A stretch of 64,000 nucleotides of DNA, from positions 47,120,001 to 47,184,000 of the forward strand of contig OX597830.1 in NCBI GenBank assembly GCA_951406725.2, in the 5' to 3' direction. Positions 56,848 to 64,000 of this stretch are shown here, piece by piece. Position 1 is the stretch's first letter. Each line of letters opens with the position of its first letter. The notes under the pieces are model-generated. The model was not told the origin of the DNA and did no database searches. It saw only the letters and a list, made by a program, of their open reading frames with translations. This DNA is from Octopus vulgaris (taxonomy: Eukaryota). Both the position numbers and the translations under genes were made by a program.

Positions 56848-57318
56848 AGGCGTAGGAGTGGCTGTGTGGTAAGTAGCTTGCTTACCAATCACGTGGTTCC
56901 GGGTTCAGTCCCACCGCGTGGCACCTTGGGTAAGTGTCTTCTACTATAGCCTTGGGCCGACCAAAGCCATGTGAGTGGATTTGGTAGACGGAAACTGAAA
57001 GAAGCCCGTCGTATATAAGTATATATACATATATATATATGTGTGTGTGTATGTGTGTGTGTGTGTGTGTGTGCGTGTGTGTATGTTTGTGTGTCTGTGT
57101 TTGTCCCCCCAACATCGCTTGACAACCAATGCTGGTGTGTTTACGTCCCCGTAACTTAGCGGTTCGGCAAAAGAGACCGGTAGAATAAGTACTAGGCTTA
57201 CAAAGAATAAGTCCTGGAGTCGATTTGCTCGACTAAAGGCGGTGCTGCAGCATGGCCGCAGTCAAACGACTGAAACAAGTAAAAGAGTAAAAAGAGTTAA
57301 GAGAGTAAAGAGAGTAAA
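56848..57318 (+). mobile_element. SINE family A, full-length reference copy
   Basis: tRNA-like head TGGCTGTGTGG / GGTTCAGTCCC, CORE-like accttgggtaagtgtcttct, an internal microsatellite and an (AAGAGTA)n-like tail. Confidence 0.9.
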
Positions 57319-57771
57319 GTGATTAGATTTACGTTGCTTTAAGCAAGACGAGAAATAGTAACAAACGTAAAATACTGGTGAATAACTACGAGAAACAAAG
57401 AAATTCTTATGGAGCGAAGTTTTGCGATAAATGTTATGACAGAAATGTCTAGAATCATGATAATTTAAACTTTGCAACGTTTAGCAATTAATATTGTAAT
57501 ATTTTTGGAAACTATAGTAGCACCGTTTCGGTATAAGCGTGCAGAATTCTCATTATACAGTTCAGTGCACAGTAAAAATTGTTATAAATAACTTTAAAAA
57601 ATTTTTGTCGGCACACATGCTTCTGTATTTTGTATAATGTTGAGACCATCGTTTTCGGTAAGAGAATAGCAGCATCATACTTGCCAATTATTGATCTTTG
57701 CCTTTAAGACCGCAATGTAATATTTTACTATAAAATTTTAAAAATGTGAAATTTACTAAGATATTTAGAAG

Positions 57772-57928
57772 TTTCCCAACCACGTGGTTCCGGATTCAGT
57801 CCCACCGCGTGGTACTTTGGGCAAGTGTCTTCTACTATGGCTTCCAGCCGCCTAACGCCGTGTGAATGGATTTGGTAGACGGAAACTGAAAGAAGGCCGT
57901 CGTGTATGTGTGTAAGTATGCGTGTGCT

Positions 57929-57980
<52 letters not shown>

Positions 57981-58218
57981 TGTGTTTGCGTTTGTGTTTG
58001 TGTTTGTTCTCCCCCACAATTGGTTCTCCTTTGACAATCGGTGTTGCTGGGTTTAGATCCCCGTAACTTAACGGTTCGGCAGACCGATAGAATAAGTAGA
58101 AGGCTTTTAAAAAGAAAAGTACTGGCCTCGATTCATTCGACTAAAGATTATTCGAGGCGGTGCTCCAGCATGGCCGCAGTCTAATGACTGAAACAGGTGA
58201 CAGATAAAAGAGAAAGGA
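57772..58218 (+). mobile_element. SINE family A copy
   Basis: Colinear with 56880-57290. Confidence 0.85.
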
Positions 58219-58772
58219 TAACATGGACGCCGCTCGGGCTCGAAAGATTGACCGTTATGGAAAACTCCTCGAGGAATGTGAAGACGCAGGCTGGAAAGCG
58301 GAGCATTTTCCAATCGAAGTCGGATGTAGAGGGTTTGTTGGTCAAAGTGTGAGGCGACTGATGTTATCGTTAGGCCTAACTCATCGTAAAGTCAATACCA
58401 CCATGACAGATATCCAAACTACTGTGGAAAAGGCTAGCTACTGGATTTGGTTAAAAAGAGACGATGAGCGGTGGCGAGAAGAATATTGAGCTATATTCGA
58501 TAAACAGTTGATCTAGCAAGTGGTACCTCATATCAGTGCGGGGGTGGTGGTGGTGCGTAGTGATGCCTTCGAGATGTAGGCCCTGAAACGGCGTGCATTC
58601 TCTCCTGATGACCCCATACACTTGCTGGCTTCCGGTATGCAGAGTTCTTGCATGTGCAAGTTCCTTGCAAAACATCTCAATGCTTTCATTTGCTTATTCC
58701 AATGAATGTACCATTTTCTAGAATTAGTGCAACTGTTGCCTCTCTTGAAGACACGGCCACACTGGTAAATAA
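58219..58772 (+). mobile_element. Hero-like RLE non-LTR retrotransposon 3' end
   Basis: ORF 58223-58489 reads RKIDRYGKLLEECEDAGWKAEHFPIEVGCRGFVGQS...EKASYWIWLKR, the PxEVGCRGF and ASxWIW pattern of the Hero clade. The 3' UTR runs into (CA)n. Confidence 0.85.
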
Positions 58773-58968
58773 GACGCACACACACACACACACACATTCA
58801 GACAGACATACAGATAGACAGACAGACACACACACACACACACACGTACACACACTCAGACAGACACACATGCATAAACACACATACATATATGCATATG
58901 TGTGAATGTATGAATATATGAATGTATGTATGTTTACATATATATAGAGTGGGAAGAAAAAGTAGGAT

Positions 58969-59022
<54 letters not shown>

Positions 59023-59559
59023 CTCTCGCTTCGTCCTCGTCTTTTCGTTCCATTTGTTTTGTGCTGATCTCCGGCACGCGGATATAAACTATATACGCAA
59101 TACAGAATGCTGGCGACATATTAGCACACATATACAGCGTATACCTATATGTCGCCAACATTCCGTTTTGCTTCCATCAGTTGGTGGGATACGAGGATCT
59201 TATCTACATATCGAAGTATTATACCATTCCCCAGATTAATTATAATATATATATATATCTGATTCGCTTGTCATCTTCGAAATTCTTCCATTTCGTCTTG
59301 CTTTGTTCAGAGCGGGACATAGAATGGCCCTTATTAATTCAATTAATCGGATCTATGGGAATTTCCCTGATTAATTAAATTAATCAGGGCTGTACATATA
59401 ATTACATTAATCAGGGCTATTCGTATTTAATTAATTTTGAGCTTCTCTTTAAGACTTTTCTGTAATATATATTCCTCCCTTTTTTATATAGATTATGTGT
59501 TGTGTGTAGAATATGTAGACAAACAGACAGACAGACAGACAGATAGACAGACAGGTAGT

Positions 59560-59632
<73 letters not shown>

Positions 59633-61454
59633 TGTGTTTTATTGATTTTGGAGAACTTATAAACTGTTTCTCCAAGTGTCACGAAAGCGTTCTTCGGGCA
59701 GAACAATTCAATGGTTTATAGATGTTTGTAAACCATGCAGTGATAATTATTTAGCGTTTCATCAAACAAATGTTTAAAGCTGATTAAACATGAAGTTATG
59801 ACATTTCAGATTTAATGGAATTTGTTGGATAATACGATTGACATTTCAGAAGGATTTAAAAATTGAAAACGAGTGAAGGAAAGACAAATAAATGTGAATA
59901 AACTGAATCGCATTGTACTGGTACAGAATATTTGTTATATTATTTGTTATAGAAAGGAGGAATGAAAAATCGGTTTAGAAATTAAGGAATTAGGAATTTA
60001 AGGAAAATAAACAGAACAAAACTTTAGAAAAAATAGGGACGAATGAGTACCACAAATAAATAAATTTGTTATAGAGATTGAAAGAGATTGAAAGAGCGTT
60101 TGTGCCAGACAATATAAAGAAAAGGGAAAACTGATTAGAGATGGAGGTAGACACTAAACGTTGGTACAAGCCACAGATACTATACCATATAGAGGTAAAT
60201 ATATATGTGTATATATATGCATAGAAAAGGAGCGGAACCATTGAAAAACATGTAGTAAAATGAGAAATTAGATAGGGAGTTGTATTCTCCCCATAGAATA
60301 TAATGAAAACAAAAACAAGATGAACACACAAACAGAAAAAAATTCTTAAAAATAAAGGACGAAATACGATTTGTAACGTATGAGAGGACATGATAAGAAT
60401 TCAAGGAATTCAATCAATTTTAAATTGGAGCAATAATGTAACTTAAAATCGAAAGCCATATGTATAACCTGTTATATGATCGAGAGAAAGCCATGTAAAA
60501 GCCAAAAGATCGTATAGAGATGAAGAATGATGATAGCAAAGAAGGAGTCGAAGACTGAATAAGAACAAAACCAACATCTTTAAAGTAATAATGATAAAAA
60601 CAATTTGCATTAGAGAGAAATGGTACTGAATCCCTTTTGTAGAAATGGCCACGAAATCTTTTGATTTCAAAAAATGTCTGCAACAGTTTAAATTATTGAA
60701 ATTGTACATAACGACACAAACTTCAAACCAACTTTAAATATGCCACAAAAACGTAAAATCTCTACAAATTTTTGGCTTCAAAATCATCGATGATTTCTCT
60801 AGAAAAACTGGCAAAAATATTCCTCAAACCTACGTCTCAACCACTAGCCTAATGTTTTAGAGTTAGGAAATGCAAAAGCCTAAATGAAGCGTACAAGAGA
60901 ATATTGCTCCTTTAGACACATACAGCAACATTGGACTAATCCAAAATAAAGTCATTTGGCAAGAATTCCTTCGTTCAATGCCTTCTAACCGACAGACAGA
61001 CACATTAGCAACTCACGTTGGTGCTTTTGTTACTATTACAATAGGTTTTGGTCCTCAGTGCTAACTGGTTGCTTACTACCTCGATGCAGGGCTTCCCGTC
61101 ATATCCGTTTTTTCTCGTCAGGACGTCGGTTCTCTGAAATGAAGTTCCCTACCACATTTCTCCACACACGCGTTGACTTGTAACTGTTCAAACTAAAAAT
61201 CAACTGAACCACTCTCACCAATGTAGAAAGGTCTGCGAAGATCACGAGCACAATCCCTTTCTTCTGTATAAAGCTATAAAAGCACCCAACCGTTTTAAAA
61301 TTAAATAGAGGGGACACAACGGACAGAACGGTGCCGATGGGATGTCTTTCGTAGCAGAACTGCTTAATCAGGGACGACCAAGGATGGCAACCAGCCAATC
61401 CGTTAATTAGCTCGGTTATCTATCTAGAGTAATTCTTCCTACCAACTCTACCTG

Positions 61455-61625
61455 CTAAGCCGACCAAGCCAACCAAGCCAGCCAGCTAGCCAGCCAACCA
61501 AGCCAGCCAACCGACCAACCAACCAACCAACCAACCAACCAACCAACCAACCAACCAACTAACCAACCAACCAACCAACCAACCAACCAACCAACCAACC
61601 AACCAACCAACCAACTAGCCAACTG
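61455..61625. repeat. (CCAA)n microsatellite
   Basis: Seen directly. Confidence 0.95.
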
Positions 61626-61769
61626 GCTAATAGGCGATGTTGAATTATTATCATAAGAAATAAGCAGTCGATCAATAGAGGAACAGGTCCTGCGGTTAGG
61701 TTTTAACGAGACGAAATCAAAGAGAAGTTTCGGAACATTCCAGAAATCAATAGCAGATATTTCTCTTTC

Positions 61770-62036
61770 AATTGAATGATGGCCTTAAGACTAGGATTAG
61801 AAGACGTGGAAGACGAGGGAGAAAAATGAAAGTGGAGAGAAAGGAGATGGGAAAGAGAGGAAGGAGCAATGGAATGAAGAGGAATAGTGAGAGAGTTGAT
61901 ATGAGAGAGGTAAGAGGGGAGAGGGGAAAGGTGGATGGATGGATGGGAATAGTGAAGAAGAGAAGGAATAACAACAGAGAGAGTGAGAAGAGGGTGTGAG
62001 AGTGTGTGTTTGTGGGTGCACATGTATGTGTGTGTG

Positions 62037-62074
<38 letters not shown>

Positions 62075-62167
62075 TGTGAATGTTAAGGAGAGGGGGTTAG
62101 ACCGAAACGAAGAAAACGAAAGGGAAAAATATGAGAATAGGTAAGTAGGAACTTGTAAGAGAAGAAA

Positions 62168-62216
<49 letters not shown>

Positions 62217-62436
62217 TGTGTATGTGTGTGTGTGTGTGTAAGAATGGGAAAGGAAATATAAAAGGAGGCGAGCAGTTTGGATCGAGAGAGAGAGGGGGAG
62301 AAGAAGAGAGGAAGCTTCTAGAGAAAGTGTGTGAAGTAACTGGAGAAATAGTGAGAGAAAAATGAAAGTGAAAGACGAGAAAAAGAGGAAGGGTAAAAGA
62401 GTGGTGAAAGAGGAAGAAGGAAAGATGCAGAAAAGC

Positions 62437-62488
<52 letters not shown>

Positions 62489-64000
62489 ATAGAAGGTAGA
62501 GGAAATAAATAGGGAGGTGAAGAAAAGAGAGTGAGAGATGCAAAAGAGAGAAAGTGAGGGTGTGTGGGGTTTGTGTGTGTGTGTAGGTTGGTGAGTTAGT
62601 GTGTGGCTGCGAGAAAGAAGAAAAAAGAAGAAGAGGAGGACATTAATTTTAGTTAAAGAAAGAGATAAAGAGAGAGAAACGTTCATAAAATACTAGAGGT
62701 GAAGAGGACGAAAGAGAGAAGCACTGAAAGGTGTGTGTGTGTGTGTATTTAGATATATATATATATATAAGAAGAGAGAGAGAGAAAGAGAGAGAGAGGG
62801 GGAGAAGATAGTCCACGAAGCAGTGGGCGGCCACAATGAAAGCGAATAAAGGAAGAACTCTAATAGATGGGTTAGTGTGCGGGTGGATGGGTTATGTATA
62901 TGAGTATGTGTGTGAGAGAAAAGGAGAGAGAGGGAGGGAGAGAAAGGGAAAGAGAGGAAGAGAGAGAGGAGGATAGAGGGGAGAGAGAATGTACCTGTGC
63001 ATAAGATTTGAGTGTGGCAATGTAGGTGTGTTTAATAAAAAGTAAAGGATCGAATGGAGTCGACTGAGGTGGAGATTTACAAGGAAATAAATATTGAAAC
63101 GATAAAGGATGAGGAGAGAAACTAAGACACAGTGTGTGTGTGCGTGTGTGTGTGGAATATATATGCAAATAAAAGGAGGATGAAGAACGAGAGAGAGAGA
63201 GAGATAGAGAGAGAGAGAGTGAGGGTGACAAAGTGAGAGAGAGATTTGCCTTTGATCCTATGTAGAATGGAGTTATATGATTATATACGGTTTAAGACAG
63301 GGAGCCAGAGGAGGGGAGAAGGAAATAACGGGAAGAGGGATGTGGATAAAAATGGGGGGGATAGACATAATGAAGATGGAGAAGAGAGAGAGAGAGAGGG
63401 TGAGAGAGGAAGAGTGAGAGAAGGGAAGAATGAGAGAGAGTAATTGTGTGAGAGGGAGAGTGAAAGAGAGAGTGTGTCTGAGAGAGAGGGAGTGTGTTCC
63501 TCTGTGTGTGTGTGTGTGTTTAGCTGCTTTTTAGCGATTGGCCAGCTTTGATCGGGCGGTTCTATGACGAAATATGTTCCAAACGTGACCATCTCGTATA
63601 TTTGGATATCAAAGGCTCCATTAACTAATATGTGTTCCTTAATTAAAACGGAAGTGAGAGAGTTTAGGAATATTTCGAACGATTTTATAGTTGTATTATG
63701 TAGAGTAAAGGACGACGTATGTGCAAATATTTTGAGGGTGAACGAGAAAGGGAAAGGGAAAGAAAGAAAGAGAAGGGACGAGGAATCTCGATGACGAACG
63801 AGGGCTTATGGAAAAAGGAGAGAAGGGAAAAACAAGAGAAAAAGGAGTAATTAGGGACAGTGATGAGAATGGTGAAAAATAAGAGAAAAGTCGATAATTA
63901 CTTGAAGGCAAATATATAAGTAACAATGAGTGGGAAGAAAGAGGAGATGGGAATTAAGAGAAGAAAGAAAAAAAATAAGAGATGCTAAAGTGTGAGAAAA
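61770..64000. repeat. Purine-rich (GA) low-complexity tract with (GA)n and (GT)n arrays
   Basis: Strong purine skew on the + strand over more than 2 kb. Confidence 0.85.

Noticed and set aside
62811-62860. AAHC motif on the minus strand (FAFIVAAHCFVDY) as the protease His57 exon
   Set aside because: No upstream CGG-like motif and no good phase-compatible splice donor, and it lies in low-complexity DNA. It may be chance, though its position and strand are compatible, so it is not fully excluded.

Overview
AT-rich, microsatellite-dense eukaryotic DNA. The SINE families and repeat spectrum suggest an octopus (coleoid cephalopod) genome, but this is an inference. One host gene is supported: three minus-strand exons of a chymotrypsin-fold (S1) serine protease (56294-56452, 12532-12668, 2555-2719) that splice in frame across introns of about 43.6 kb and 9.8 kb. 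Its His57 exon was not confidently located. The rest is intronic or intergenic mobile DNA: several tRNA-derived SINE families, Penelope-like element (PLE) relics, microsatellite-embedded restriction-like-endonuclease (RLE) LINE fragments, RTE/CR1/Hero/mariner fragments, MITEs and foldbacks. The most notable signals are (1) a tRNA-headed short element carrying a minimal hammerhead ribozyme with PLE-like insertion geometry, in three copies; (2) several unrelated hammerhead-like motifs; (3) RLE LINE families that sit in different microsatellites; and (4) a protease with an elastase-like pocket and an apparently rewired disulfide. Most ORFs in the supplied track are microsatellite artefacts. Repeat boundaries are approximate and were read by eye.
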